Assembly: GCA_049510745.1 (NCBI GenBank)
Contig: JBEKYR010000035.1
Coordinates: forward strand, 1-55,995
Reading direction: 5' to 3'
DNA length: 55,995 nucleotides
Source of the DNA: Verrucomicrobiota bacterium
GTDB lineage: Bacteria > Verrucomicrobiota > Verrucomicrobiia > Limisphaerales > Palsa-1400
This document shows, piece after piece, positions 28,504 to 39,106 of the stretch. A program made the translations under genes and the position numbers. Position 1 is the stretch's first letter; every line of letters starts with the position of its first letter. Under the pieces are notes generated by a model. It saw nothing but the letters and a program-made list of their open reading frames with translations, was not told the origin of the DNA and made no database searches.

Positions 28504-30177
28504 ATGATTACAACCGAAACGGCTCCGAAGCCCACGCGCAATGAGGGTCTCAAAGCAGGCGATCCGCTGCTGGCGGGCACCATCGCGCAAACTCTGGCCG
28601 ATGCTGGAAAGGAGCGGTTTTCGGAGGACGATTACGAGTTTCTCAAGTTTCACGGCATTTATCAGCAGGACGACCGGGACAAACGCAAGACGGGCAAGCA
28701 GTACATCTACATGATCCGGGGCCGCTTGCCGGGCGGGGCGGTCGAGCCTTCGGTCTATCTGGCGTTCGACCAAATTTGTTCGCAGTACGGCAACCAGACG
28801 TTGCGGATCACGACCCGGCAGGGCTTTCAATTCCACGGGGTGACCAAGGGCAATTTGGGCAAAACCATGCGGGCGATCAACGACGCCCTGGCCACGACCC
28901 TGGCCGCGTGCGGGGACGTCAATCGCAATGTCATGGCCGCGCCCACGCCGGCCACCAGCCCGGTGGTTGATGAAATCCAGCGCCAGGCCAGGAGTGTTTC
29001 CGATGCGCTTCTGCCCAAGACCCGCGCATATCATCAAATCTGGGTCGAGGGCGTCGAATTGAAGTTGACGGAGGAAGACGCCCATTTTGTCGATCCCCTC
29101 TACGGCAGGAGCTATCTGCCGCGGAAATTCAAGGTGGCGTTTGCCATCCCGCCGCTCAATGACGTTGATATTTTCACGAACGATTGCGGGTTCGTGGCGA
29201 TTGTCGAGAATGGCCGGTTGACCGGTTACAATTTGCTGGCCGGAGGAGGATTGGGCATGAGCCACGGCAATGCGCAAACGTATCCGCGTCTGGCGGATGT
29301 CATCGGGTTTATCAGTCCGGAGCGGGTGATCGAGACGGCCAAGGCAGTGGTCACGATCCACCGGGATTTTGGCGATCGCACGAATCGCAAGCACGCCCGG
29401 CTCAAATACGTGATCGAAGAGCGCGGCGCGCCGTGGTTCCGGGAGGAATTGGAGCGGCGGCTCGGCTTCAAACTGGAGGCGGCGCGGCCCTTTGAATTTA
29501 CCCGTCAGGGGGACCTTTATGGCTGGCACGAGCAGTTTGACGGCAATTATTTTCTCGGCCTGTTCGTGGAGAACGGACGGATCAAGGACGCGGGCGCTTA
29601 CCGGCTCAAGAGCGGACTGCGCCGGGTCGTCGGGCAGTTTCGGCCCGGCCTGCGCTTGACGCCGTCGCAGAACATTCTGCTTGTCAATGTCAAGGCCGGG
29701 GAGCGCGACGGCATCACGCGCCTGCTGGCGGAGCACGGCGTGCCGGTCGAAAACCAGGCCAGCACGCTGCGGCGCGCTTCCATCGCCTGTCCGGCGCTGC
29801 CGACCTGCGGGCTGGCCCTGGCGGAATCCGAGCGGACGATGCCGGAGGTGCTGAGGCGCCTGGAGCAATTGCTGGCGGAAACCGGCTTGCCGGACGAAGA
29901 GATCATCATTCGCATGACCGGCTGCCCCAACGGCTGCGCCCGTCCCTACACCGCCGAGCTGGCGTTGGTGGGCAAGGCGCCGGGCAAGTATCAGCTCTAC
30001 CTGGGCGGCAATCAACCGGGCACCCGCCTGTGCCGGCTCTACAAAGAGAGCGTCAAAAGCGAGGACCTGGTCAACGAACTGCGGCCTCTGTTCACCCGTT
30101 TCGCCCGCGAGCGGATCGGGTCGGAACGGTTTGGCGACTTCAGCCATCGGGTGCTGCTGGCGGGGGCGGCCGCCTGA
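28504..30177 (+). CDS. cysI: Assimilatory sulfite reductase hemoprotein subunit
   Basis: LKFHGIYQQDDRD, ITTRQ, ACGDVNRN, LPRKFK, CPALPTCGLA and TGCPNGC siroheme/Fe-S ligands. Confidence 0.93.
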   Translation: MITTETAPKPTRNEGLKAGDPLLAGTIAQTLADAGKERFSEDDYEFLKFHGIYQQDDRDKRKTGKQYIYMIRGRLPGGAVEPSVYLAFDQICSQYGNQTLRITTRQGFQFHGVTKGNLGKTMRAINDALATTLAACGDVNRNVMAAPTPATSPVVDEIQRQARSVSDALLPKTRAYHQIWVEGVELKLTEEDAHFVDPLYGRSYLPRKFKVAFAIPPLNDVDIFTNDCGFVAIVENGRLTGYNLLAGGGLGMSHGNAQTYPRLADVIGFISPERVIETAKAVVTIHRDFGDRTNRKHARLKYVIEERGAPWFREELERRLGFKLEAARPFEFTRQGDLYGWHEQFDGNYFLGLFVENGRIKDAGAYRLKSGLRRVVGQFRPGLRLTPSQNILLVNVKAGERDGITRLLAEHGVPVENQASTLRRASIACPALPTCGLALAESERTMPEVLRRLEQLLAETGLPDEEIIIRMTGCPNGCARPYTAELALVGKAPGKYQLYLGGNQPGTRLCRLYKESVKSEDLVNELRPLFTRFARERIGSERFGDFSHRVLLAGAAA

Positions 30178-30186
30178 GATTGCGCC

Positions 30187-30969
30187 TTGCAAACGACTCC
30201 TTCCATTCCAGACACGCCGGCCGGGCAGCATCCCGGCAAATTGACCGCCCGCGACGTGGCGGAGTTGGACCAGCGGTTCGGGGGCCAGTTGACCGAAGAA
30301 ATCCTGGCGTGGGCGTGGGCTAGATTCGGTCCGCGCGCGGCCATCGGCACGAGCTTTCAAGGGTCGGGGCTGGTGATGATGCACCTGGCAAAAAAGGCGG
30401 GGCTGGGCTTTCCCATTTTTACACTTGACACTGGGCTGCTTTTTGCGGAGACGCTGGAATTGAAACGGCGCCTGGAGGATTTTTACGGCTGGAAAATCGA
30501 GTCGCTCGTCCCCGACCTGACGGTCGAGCAGCAGGGCGAGGCGCACGGGGCGGAATTGTGGAAGCGCGATCCCGACCTCTGCTGCACGATGCGCAAAGTC
30601 CTGCCCCTCCAATCCAAGTTGCGCGAGCTGGATTGCTGGCTGACGGGCCTGCGCCGCCATCAATCCCAGTCCCGCGCCCGCATCGGCGTGATCGAGCTTT
30701 ACGGGCTGGACGGGCAGACGGGCGCGGAGATCGTGAAATTGAACCCCATGGCCAATTGGTCCGGCGAGGCGATCTGGCAATATATCCGCCAGCACCATAT
30801 TCCTTACAATCCGTTGCATGACCGGGGCTACAGGTCGATCGGCTGCATGACCTGCACGAGCCACACGGGCCGGGGCGAGGACGAACGGGCCGGGCGGTGG
30901 ACCGGGTTCAAGAAGGTGGAGTGCGGCATTCACACTTTCATGTCGCGCAAGGTTGATTTTCAAATATGA
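30187..30969 (+). CDS. cysH: (Phospho)adenylyl-sulfate reductase, Fe-S-containing APS reductase type
   Basis: LDTG, CC-x-x-RK, SIGCxxCT, ERAGRW and ECGIH. Confidence 0.93.
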   Translation: MQTTPSIPDTPAGQHPGKLTARDVAELDQRFGGQLTEEILAWAWARFGPRAAIGTSFQGSGLVMMHLAKKAGLGFPIFTLDTGLLFAETLELKRRLEDFYGWKIESLVPDLTVEQQGEAHGAELWKRDPDLCCTMRKVLPLQSKLRELDCWLTGLRRHQSQSRARIGVIELYGLDGQTGAEIVKLNPMANWSGEAIWQYIRQHHIPYNPLHDRGYRSIGCMTCTSHTGRGEDERAGRWTGFKKVECGIHTFMSRKVDFQI

Positions 30970-31020
30970 TTCCAAACCGCCGGGCCGGCAAGGCCGGCGG
31001 CGGAGAAAAAGGCGCAAAGC

Positions 31021-31833
31021 ATGGATTACCTGTCGGAACTGGAAAATCAGAGCGTGTATATCTTGCGCGAGGCGTTCAACAAGTTTGAAAACCTCGCCAT
31101 GTTGTGGAGCATTGGCAAGGACTCGACCGTCCTGCTCTGGCTGGCCCGCAAGGCTTTCTTCGGCCACGTGCCATTTCCGCTGGTGCATGTCGATACGACT
31201 TACAAAGTCCCCAGCATGATCGAGTACCGTGACCGCCTGGTGAAGGAATGGAACCTGAAACTGGTGGTGGGCAGGAACGACGCCGTCCTGGCCTCCGGCG
31301 TCACCTATCCCAATGGCCGCGCCACGCGCGTGGAATGCTGCGGCACCCTGAAAAAGGACGCGCTCAAAGCTGTGCTGGACAAATACCATTACACCGGCGT
31401 CATCGTCGGCGTGCGGCGGGACGAGGAGCCGACCCGCGCCAAGGAACGGTATTTCAGCCCGCGCGACAAGAACATGGAATGGAACGTGGAGGACCAGCCG
31501 CCGGAATTGTGGGACCAATTCAAGACCGATTTCGAGCCGGGGAGCCACATTCGCATCCATCCGTTGCTGCATTGGACGGAATTGAACATTTGGGAATACA
31601 TCGAGCGCGAAAAGATCCCGGTCATCCCGCTTTATTTTGCCAACAGCAAGGGCGAGCGCTATCGCAGCCTGGGCTGCGCGCCCTGCACCTTTCCCATCAA
31701 GTCCCAGGCCCGCACCGTGGCCGAGATCGTCGAGGAGTTGCGCCGGACCAAAACCAGCGAGCGTTCCGGGCGCGCGCAGGACAAGGAAAGCGAGGACGCT
31801 TTCGAGAAACTCCGCCGGGACGGCTACATGTAA
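31021..31833 (+). CDS. cysD: Sulfate adenylyltransferase subunit 2
   Basis: [28 protein letters not shown] and GYM C-terminus. Confidence 0.95.
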   Translation: MDYLSELENQSVYILREAFNKFENLAMLWSIGKDSTVLLWLARKAFFGHVPFPLVHVDTTYKVPSMIEYRDRLVKEWNLKLVVGRNDAVLASGVTYPNGRATRVECCGTLKKDALKAVLDKYHYTGVIVGVRRDEEPTRAKERYFSPRDKNMEWNVEDQPPELWDQFKTDFEPGSHIRIHPLLHWTELNIWEYIEREKIPVIPLYFANSKGERYRSLGCAPCTFPIKSQARTVAEIVEELRRTKTSERSGRAQDKESEDAFEKLRRDGYM

Positions 31834-31845
31834 GAAAATTGCGCC

Positions 31846-33738
31846 ATGCAAAACGGCTCCACCGCACCTACCGAACAATTGAAGATCGTCATCGCCGGCC
31901 ACGTGGATCACGGCAAGTCCACGCTGGTGGGCCGGCTCCTCCATGACACCGGCTCGCTGCCCGAGGGCAAGCTCGAACAGCTTCGCGCCGTGGCCGAGCG
32001 GCGCGGGTTCCCCTTCGAGTGGGCCAATCTGATGGACGCCCTCCAGTCCGAGCGCGACCAAAACATCACCATCGACACGGCGCAAATCTGGTTCCGCACG
32101 GCGCGGCGGCAGTATGTGATTATTGACGCGCCGGGCCACAAGGAGTTCCTCAAGAACATGATCACGGGCGCCGCCCACGCCGAGGCCGCCCTGCTGCTGA
32201 TCGACGCCAACGAGGGGGTCCAGGAACAATCGCGGCGGCACGGCTATCTCCTCTCGCTCCTGGGCATCCGCCAGATCGCGGTGCTGGTCAACAAGATGGA
32301 CCTGCGGGGCTATGCGCGCGAGCGGTTCGAGGAAGTGGAAGCCGCCTTCCGCCAGTTTCTCAAATCCATCGGTGTCGAGCCGATGTGTTTCATCCCCATC
32401 GCCGCGCGGCAGGGCGACAACGTGGCGGCGCGCAGCGCACAGATGCCGTGGTGGACCGGGCCGACGGTGCTGGAGGCGCTCGACCAGTTCCAACCCGCCG
32501 TCCGCCCCGTCGGACAGCCGTTGCGCCTGTCGATCCAGGATATTTACCGCTTTGACGAGCGGCGCATCTTGGCGGGCCGGGTGGAATCGGGCGCGGTGAA
32601 GGTGGGCGACCGCCTGGTCTTTACGCCGGCCAACAAGGTGAGCACAGTCAAGACCATTGAACGCTGGAACGCACCGCCGTCCGACCAGGCAGAGGCGGGC
32701 GAATCGATCGGCATCACCCTGACCGAGCAGGTCTTTGTGGCGCGCGGGGCGGTGGCCTCGCTGGAAACCGGGCTGCCGTTCGAGTTGAACCGCTTCAAGG
32801 CCCGGCTTTTTTGGATGGGCCGCGCGCCGTTCCTGCCGGGCCGAAGCTACAAACTCAAGCTCGCCGCCCAGGAAACCGAGTGCGAAATCGATTCCATCCA
32901 GCGCGTGATCGATTCCTCGACGCTGGAAAGCATCGAGCGGCCGGAGCCGTTTGTCGGGCGGAACGAGGTGGCCGAATTGACCCTGCGGACCCGGCGCCCG
33001 ATCGCCTTCGACGTCCACGCCGAGATTATTGCGACGGGGCGCTTCGTCATTGTCGATGGATTCGAGGTGGCCGGGGGCGGCATTGTGGCCGAGGACAATT
33101 ACCCCCGCCGCTCGGCCGACAGCCTTCACAAGAGCCACAACATTTATTGGAGCCGCGGAAAAGTCACCGCCGGGCAACGCAGCGCGCGCAACGGGCACGC
33201 GGGCTGCGTCGTCTGGCTGACGGGCTTGTCCGCCTCCGGCAAATCGACCATCGCGACCGAATTGGAGCGGGAACTTTTCAACCTGGGGCACCACGTCTAT
33301 ATCCTGGACGGCGACAATGTCCGGCACGGCCTTTGTTCGGACCTGGCCTTCTCCCCGCGGGACCGGAAGGAGAACATCCGACGCGTCGGCGAGGCGGCCA
33401 AACTTTTTGCCGACGCCGGCATCATTTGCGTGACCGCGTTTATTTCGCCCTACCAATCCGATCGCGACCTGGTGCGGCAGATGGTTGAGCGGGGCATGTT
33501 TGTTGAGGTGTATGTCAACGCGCCGATCGAGGTCTGCGAGGCGCGCGATCCGAAGGGCCTCTATGCCAAGGCGCGCGCGCATCAGATCAAGGATTTCACC
33601 GGCGTCTCCGCGCCGTACGAAGCGCCCGCGACGCCGGAGATCGAGTTGCGCACCGACCAGTTGACGGTCGCGGAATCCGTCGCCCGCATCGTCGAGTATC
33701 TCCACGTCCGGGACGACAGCTCGGATGTGATGATCTGA
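31846..33738 (+). CDS. cysNC: Bifunctional sulfate adenylyltransferase subunit 1 / APS kinase
   Basis: [14 protein letters not shown] and NKMD GTPase motifs; C-terminal [26 protein letters not shown] and FTGVSAPYE. Confidence 0.95.
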   Translation: MQNGSTAPTEQLKIVIAGHVDHGKSTLVGRLLHDTGSLPEGKLEQLRAVAERRGFPFEWANLMDALQSERDQNITIDTAQIWFRTARRQYVIIDAPGHKEFLKNMITGAAHAEAALLLIDANEGVQEQSRRHGYLLSLLGIRQIAVLVNKMDLRGYARERFEEVEAAFRQFLKSIGVEPMCFIPIAARQGDNVAARSAQMPWWTGPTVLEALDQFQPAVRPVGQPLRLSIQDIYRFDERRILAGRVESGAVKVGDRLVFTPANKVSTVKTIERWNAPPSDQAEAGESIGITLTEQVFVARGAVASLETGLPFELNRFKARLFWMGRAPFLPGRSYKLKLAAQETECEIDSIQRVIDSSTLESIERPEPFVGRNEVAELTLRTRRPIAFDVHAEIIATGRFVIVDGFEVAGGGIVAEDNYPRRSADSLHKSHNIYWSRGKVTAGQRSARNGHAGCVVWLTGLSASGKSTIATELERELFNLGHHVYILDGDNVRHGLCSDLAFSPRDRKENIRRVGEAAKLFADAGIICVTAFISPYQSDRDLVRQMVERGMFVEVYVNAPIEVCEARDPKGLYAKARAHQIKDFTGVSAPYEAPATPEIELRTDQLTVAESVARIVEYLHVRDDSSDVMI

Positions 33739-34932
33739 GAAGTGGACCAGCCTTGACTGGGATCTCTGGAACGCCATTGAAAATTGGTAATTGAAAATCG
33801 AAAATCGGTAATTGAACAGCAGAACCGGCCTTGACCCCTCTGACGGTGGTTCTTTTGCGGCAAGCGATGTTGTCAGAAAAACAAAGCTTTCCAGGATAAC
33901 AGTAAAGGGGCGGCGGTTTCTGGTTTTCCCGCCGGCCGCTCGTTGGTTTTCCACCGGTGCCCTGGCGAGGCTCGAAAAACCGATTGTTTGTATGCGTCTG
34001 GTGCAGCACATTGAATTGGACGTGGTTTGCCGGTCTGATACAGTGCATTCCGAATGTCTGCAAATCAGGAACCGTTTCGTGAGATGGCGAAGGCTGTGAG
34101 GGGCCTTACGGCACTGGCGGAGGCGCGCAAGCCCAATGGCTAAACCAGAACAGCACGCGAGTCCGGACAGTCTCTTGGGGCAAGTCCAGCGTGGACGTGG
34201 GGAGGGTTATCTTCGGATTCTTTCAACGCCAAAGCGCGACGCCTGCCAGCTTTTGGTGGATTGTATATGCAATGACCCGCGACTCGACAGCCAAATTGAG
34301 AGTCGTGCCGAGTATTACGCTTCAATCGCAGTGGAGGTGGGACTTGACCTTGCGCCTTTGGCCAAACACTTGCGCGAACATGACGATACTGACGAAACGG
34401 GGGGGTGGAATACACCACTCACAGTTGGAACTCTTGGCGAACTGGCAAAACGGAGCTACCGTGACGCCGCCGGGATTCTTTGCGATTATGTGGCCTGGGG
34501 GCAATGGTGGGATTGGGAGTTGGACACTTTGACGGCTCTTTCTGACCCAGAAATTCAGAGGAAGGTGGCTGGCGCCGTTGAGCAGCACTTCCCATCCGAC
34601 GACGAGTTGGAGAAGGCATTGGCATGGTTTTTTCTTGACGAGGCGCCTTGGGTAACGCTCGCGGAGCAAAGCAAGAGAATTGGCAAATTTGGGAATAACC
34701 TCCGAAAAAGAGAGGGGTCGACTTCCGCCGAAGGGTCGTCTTCCCTCAATCTGACATCCTTGACTACAAGGCAACTTTTGGCGCTCGCGGATAATAGAAA
34801 CTGTCACAAGCTGCGCAAAGTAGTCGCGCAGCAAGTAACCCAATCGGATGTGGAACTCCTGATGGAGAATATTTCTCTTGACGGAACTATGCCTTTAACG
34901 CAAGGGCACACCAAACCCGCGAGGATGGGCGA

Positions 34933-35271
34933 CTATGATACTGGGGCTGCGTCAGTCTTTGGCGCGTCGGGCGGCACTTTTATCCAGTCTGGCCGTTCAT
35001 GCAAAAAAAGGATTTGCATGGGCATACTGGCCATACTCGCCTCCCCCAATAGACGGGCTAGAAACGGCATGTCGGTATGCAGGGGTATCAGCCAGACATT
35101 TTCTTGAATCGCTTGAGTGGTTTGGCTGGGCGGTGCGTGCTTTTTGGCTTTATCTAAGATATCACCCAGCGTTTTCCCGATGGGCTTCGGGTGCAAATGA
35201 TTCTGACACTCGAAAGCTAACAGCGCGTATTGGGCCGTCGGTTCAACCACGAGGTCTTGGTGCAGGTTCAT
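34933..35271 (-). CDS. Hypothetical passenger protein
   Basis: 112-aa ORF (MNLHQDLVVE...) with globular composition inside the IS left arm. Confidence 0.4.
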   Translation of the reverse strand: MNLHQDLVVEPTAQYALLAFECQNHLHPKPIGKTLGDILDKAKKHAPPSQTTQAIQENVWLIPLHTDMPFLARLLGEASMASMPMQILFLHERPDWIKVPPDAPKTDAAPVS

Positions 35272-35847
35272 GCTGGCAATTAAATCCCAACAAATCAGAT
35301 GCGTCAACGGTGAAAACCGATACCAAAACTGGCGGAGGCCAATGAATATGAAAAATGTCGCCGCCGCGGTGGGTTGGACGAAGGCACACGAAGTGCGTGC
35401 CGCTACGGCTGGCCAATCTTTTTGGCGTCCAGCGGCCCGCGAAGGGACGGCTATATCACGCCTGCAATGCCTTGGCGTGCGGCTTCACGACCCCGGAAAG
35501 CTCGGTCGGCTTCGGTGGTGGAATTTCACCGCTAATTTCTCGCGTTGTTTGCTCTACCGCTACGACGAGCGGCAGCGTTACTGTTATCGCCTTCGGCGAT
35601 TCTGCCTTTTCGGCAGGATTGTTTGTTACCTCTTCCATATTGTTTCAAACTTTCTTGTCGGGAACGGGCCGCCGGTGTCCCAACACCGGGCGGCCACTTC
35701 CTTTCACCGTAAACCTACTGTTTTACAGCCATGCGTCAAACTGAATAGGTATGGGTAAAACCGATGCCGGAAGCGGCTATAAAAACGGCTCGAAATTATA
35801 GCCGGTTTGGGCTTGCAAAACCCTTGCGTTAGGTATAATGTAATGGC

Positions 35848-36807
35848 ATGAGAATAGACCAAGAAGCGAACATGGCGCAGACGGAAATAATCAATGAAAT
35901 GCCGTTGGTGTGCGCGGACGAGCTTGCGGCGGTGGAGTTTTTTGAGCGGCAGATGTGGGGCGGGACGCCGCGCTGCCCGCACTGCAAGGCAACCAGCGTT
36001 TACGCGATGATGGACGCAAAGACGGGCGGGCGGAGCGGGCGGTTCCTATGGCGTTGCCACGTCTGCAAGAAGCAGTTCACCGTCCGTATTGGCACGGTCT
36101 TGGAGGAAAGTCGGATTCCGCTGCGGCACTGGGCATACGCAATGTGGCGGATGGCTACGTCAAAGAAGGGCGTGGCGGCCTTGGAAATCAATCGGCATTG
36201 TCAGATAACCTACCGGGCGGCGTTGTTCCTCCTGCACCGCATACGCTACGCAATGACGCCGGAGAACGGGGCGAGCCGCAAGCTGGCGGGGATTGTAGAA
36301 TGTGATGAGACCTATGTGGGCGGCAAGCCACGTCCCGGCACAGGACACCACCAGACGGGGCGCGGGACAAAGAAGGTGCCCGTGTTCGGCATGGTGGAGC
36401 GTGGCGGTGAAATTCGCCGCTTGGTGATCGACAGGGTGAGTGGGAACAATCTCAAGTCGGCAATACGCGAGAACGTGGACAAAGGAGCGACAATTGCAAC
36501 CGACGAATTCCCGGCCTACCACGGCATTGGGAAGGAATTTGCGGGTGGCCATCTGGTCGTCAACCACGGGCGGAAGGAATACGTGCTGGGCAACGCCTCA
36601 ACCAACACGGCGGAAAGCTCGTTCGCCGTCTTGAAGCGCGGCATAATGGGGATTTACCATTCCGTCAGCAAGAAGCACCTGCACCGCTACGTGAACGAAT
36701 TTGACTTCCGGTGGAACGGGCGGAAAATGGCCGACGGCGACCGCGTAGTGGCAGCCGTGCGGGGCGCGGTCGGCAAGCGATTGGACTACAGGACACAGAC
36801 GCGGTGA
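35848..36807 (+). CDS. IS1595-family DDE transposase
   Basis: Zn ribbon CPHC...CHVC, VECDETYVGG, IATDE, VNHG...TNTAESSF and YVNEFDFRWN. Confidence 0.95.
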   Translation: MRIDQEANMAQTEIINEMPLVCADELAAVEFFERQMWGGTPRCPHCKATSVYAMMDAKTGGRSGRFLWRCHVCKKQFTVRIGTVLEESRIPLRHWAYAMWRMATSKKGVAALEINRHCQITYRAALFLLHRIRYAMTPENGASRKLAGIVECDETYVGGKPRPGTGHHQTGRGTKKVPVFGMVERGGEIRRLVIDRVSGNNLKSAIRENVDKGATIATDEFPAYHGIGKEFAGGHLVVNHGRKEYVLGNASTNTAESSFAVLKRGIMGIYHSVSKKHLHRYVNEFDFRWNGRKMADGDRVVAAVRGAVGKRLDYRTQTR

Positions 36808-36843
36808 ACCGAAGCGCCGACACTTAGCGGAGAAAGGAACTGA

Positions 36844-37149
36844 ATGAATTCAATCAAAAACACCATTGCCGGACTAGCGCTTACTTTGTTAATGTTGAGT
36901 GGTTGCACTCGCGGCGAGGAAAAACAAAAATTTGCTGAAATTGAAAAGCGGTTATCCGCGCTGGAATTAAAAGCGGCAGAAATTAAAACGGTTAGCGTTG
37001 ATGCCAATTTGAACGCGCAGGTGGAACAAAACACCAAAGACATAAACGCCCTTTGGCTGGGATTCAAAAGCGCCAACCACACCGAAAGCAATCTATCCGT
37101 TCTTTATGATAGCCTGGACAAACGCATCACAAAAATTGAATTAAAATAG
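36844..37149 (+). CDS. Passenger coiled-coil lipoprotein
   Basis: AAAGGA RBS, lipobox LSGC, heptad pattern, AT-rich. Confidence 0.65.
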   Translation: MNSIKNTIAGLALTLLMLSGCTRGEEKQKFAEIEKRLSALELKAAEIKTVSVDANLNAQVEQNTKDINALWLGFKSANHTESNLSVLYDSLDKRITKIELK

Positions 37150-37173
37150 CATCTCAAATCATAAGGATATTAA

Positions 37174-37359
37174 ATGAAGCCAACAAAAAACGAAGACAAA
37201 CACGCGGGAAAACCAGTCTCACTTGAAGCATCGGGGCGCAACCGCCACGGCCCGGAGCCGGAGCGGTTCAAGATCGAAGGCTACGAGAAGAACTGGGAGG
37301 ACGCGGTCAAGGTGGCGCTGCGGAAGCCGAAGCCGCCGGGAGGTTGGTCTAAAAAGTGA
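37174..37359 (+). CDS. Small basic passenger protein
   Basis: TAAGGA RBS; 61 aa with GPEPERFKIEG...WEDAVKVALRKPKP..GW. Confidence 0.55.
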   Translation: MKPTKNEDKHAGKPVSLEASGRNRHGPEPERFKIEGYEKNWEDAVKVALRKPKPPGGWSKK

Positions 37360-37374
37360 AAAAGAACTCAATAG

Positions 37375-37680
37375 TCAAAGCAAAATTGCCTGGAATCGAA
37401 AACGAAATCGTGATAAATCTTCGTCTCCTCCATCTGGCTTGGATGGATGAATCAGATTACGCAGACGTAATGTTGCGTTTGTTCCCTCGATTTTCAGAGT
37501 TGCTCCATTTAACGGAAGTAGACCGGGCATTTCTCCCGTTTTTGATTGAAAGGTGCCCTCGGCCATTTGAGATGAAAGCCACGTATCGCCGGTGGCTAAA
37601 GGCTGGCCGTCCAGAAACACCGTGGCCGTCATGGGTTGTGGAAGCCGCAAAAGCTCATCGAGTCCGAACATGCGTTTCAT
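37375..37680 (-). CDS. Hypothetical passenger protein (beta-rich)
   Basis: 101-aa ORF convergent with the transposase unit, with protein-like composition. Confidence 0.4.
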   Translation of the reverse strand: MKRMFGLDELLRLPQPMTATVFLDGQPLATGDTWLSSQMAEGTFQSKTGEMPGLLPLNGATLKIEGTNATLRLRNLIHPSKPDGGDEDLSRFRFRFQAILL

Positions 37681-38475
37681 GCCAATTATCCAATCAAAGC
37701 CGCCGCCGCCTTGTCAAAACAAATCATCGCAAGCCTGTCCCGCAAATAACGCCGGGGGACTAGCCAGAATCCTGCGCCCTTGCGTTAAAGGCATACTTCC
37801 GTCTCTTGATAAGCCGTTTGTTGCGGATGTGGCACTAGCAGGCTTGGCTTCCCTGGCACCGGAAGGCATTTTTGGATGGCTTCAGGAGTTCTGGTCGGCC
37901 AATCGCGAAATGCCAGGCTTTCTGCGTCATCGAACCGTCGAGGCGATGATTTCGCTTTCGCCCGGCCTTACCTTGCCTCTTGCACGGCAACGTCTCTTCC
38001 ATGAAAACTGGCACGAGCGTTATCTCGCAGAGCATTTGTTTGAAGCGCACGCCGGATTAGAGGATGTCCCTGTTCTACGGGCGGCACTTAAGGAAGCCCT
38101 CCAAAATGATGAGGAATTTTGCTACCGGCTCTGCACTTTGGTAGATGCGTTCTCGCATCTCCCCGGGGCGGGTTCTGTTCCAGAGCTTTCAGACGTCTTT
38201 GCTCAATTCCGCTATTCGTATGGCAGGAGCCGGGCCGCCAAGGCAATAAGTGTCACATCTCCGGATTTATTTCGAGAGAGGTTTGCACTGGAATGCATGT
38301 GGGACTGCGAGGACAGAACTCGTGTGTTGGGAGCAAAATTTGTTCCCCTCAGCGATAAAGCTTCTACCGGGCGACTGCATGATCTTGCATCGAACCTCTG
38401 GGAGGAAAAAGAGGTGCGTGCGGAAGCAGGAAAGCGCATCGCTGACAATCAGGTGATGGCCGATGGCCAGTGATT

Positions 38476-38754
38476 TCATGCAGCCCGAGCGCTCGCTTTC
38501 TCCCTCGATTTTGCCTTGGCCCACGCCGCCGGTGTGAACTCCCGGACCTGGGTGATCTTGGCCACCGGCAGTCGGGTGAACAAATCCTCCAGATACTCGA
38601 AGGGATTGATCCCGTGCCGCCGACAACTGCCCAGCAAGGTGTAAATCACCGCGCTCCGCTCCCCGGCTGCAGGATGTCCAATGAACAACCAGTCTTTCTT
38701 GCCGAGGGCGCTGGGGCGAATTGAGTTCTCGAGGCTGTTGGTATCAATTTTCAA
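38476..38754 (-). pseudogene. IS66 transposase C-terminal remnant
   Basis: IDTNSLENSIRPSALGKKDWLFIG...YTLLGSCRRHGINPFEYL...TPAAW; the rest of the gene is absent. Confidence 0.88.
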
Positions 38755-38824
38755 ATCGGCGTTTTCACCGCATTTTCAAACCGGCGCTAACACCTGCCAA
38801 GTTCTTCCCTCATGGGGGAATGAC

Positions 38825-39106
38825 TCAGCCTAATGTCCGGTCCCACATCGGTGTGCGGTGATAACTGATCAACAGCAGAGCCAAGACTGCGGCGGTAATC
38901 GAGCAAAGCAGGAACCAGCGCCAGGCTCGTGGGTGATTGACGTTGATTTTCAGAGCCGAACCGGCGAGATAGATCACAACGAGAACAATACCCATCAGTG
39001 CGCCGCTCCCAAGCGGGCCATGGATTCCCGTTTGAGATGCGGAAAGATACGCCAGGTGGATGTAGCTGCTCTTTTGCGGGACTTGGCTGTAAGCGATAAC
39101 TTTCAT
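38825..39106 (-). CDS. 93-aa protein with soluble N-terminus and two TM helices, coupled to the radical SAM gene
   Basis: ATG 39106 overlaps the rSAM stop (ATGA); MKVIAYSQVPQKSSYIHLAYLSAS followed by two hydrophobic segments. Confidence 0.6.
   Translation of the reverse strand: MKVIAYSQVPQKSSYIHLAYLSASQTGIHGPLGSGALMGIVLVVIYLAGSALKINVNHPRAWRWFLLCSITAAVLALLLISYHRTPMWDRTLG

Larger units (their letters stand above)
34882..37801 (+). mobile_element. IS1595-family element with passenger ORFs (2,920 bp)
   Basis: 26-bp TIRs CGGAA(C/G)TATGCCTTTAACGCAAGGGC at 34882-34907 and 37776-37801 (1 mismatch); 8-bp TSD TCTCTTGA at 34874-34881 and 37802-37809. Confidence 0.95.
34136..38473 (+). pseudogene. HEAT-repeat-like protein gene interrupted by an IS1595 element
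   Basis: The 5' part (34136-34881) and 3' part (37802-38473) rejoin in frame across the TSD (…MENI-SLD-KPFVADVAL…) to give a 469-aa ORF. Confidence 0.85.

Noticed and set aside
28498..34011. 1837-aa minus-strand ORF
   Set aside because: Antisense shadow: cysI, cysH, cysD and cysNC all lie in the same + frame, and high-GC codon bias keeps the mirror frame open. It has no domain-like content.
35350..35720. Several small hairpins in the IS1595 left arm as a guide or ncRNA
   Set aside because: The stems are short and expected at this GC content, they overlap a plausible small ORF, and there is no TnpB/IscB-like nuclease in the element.
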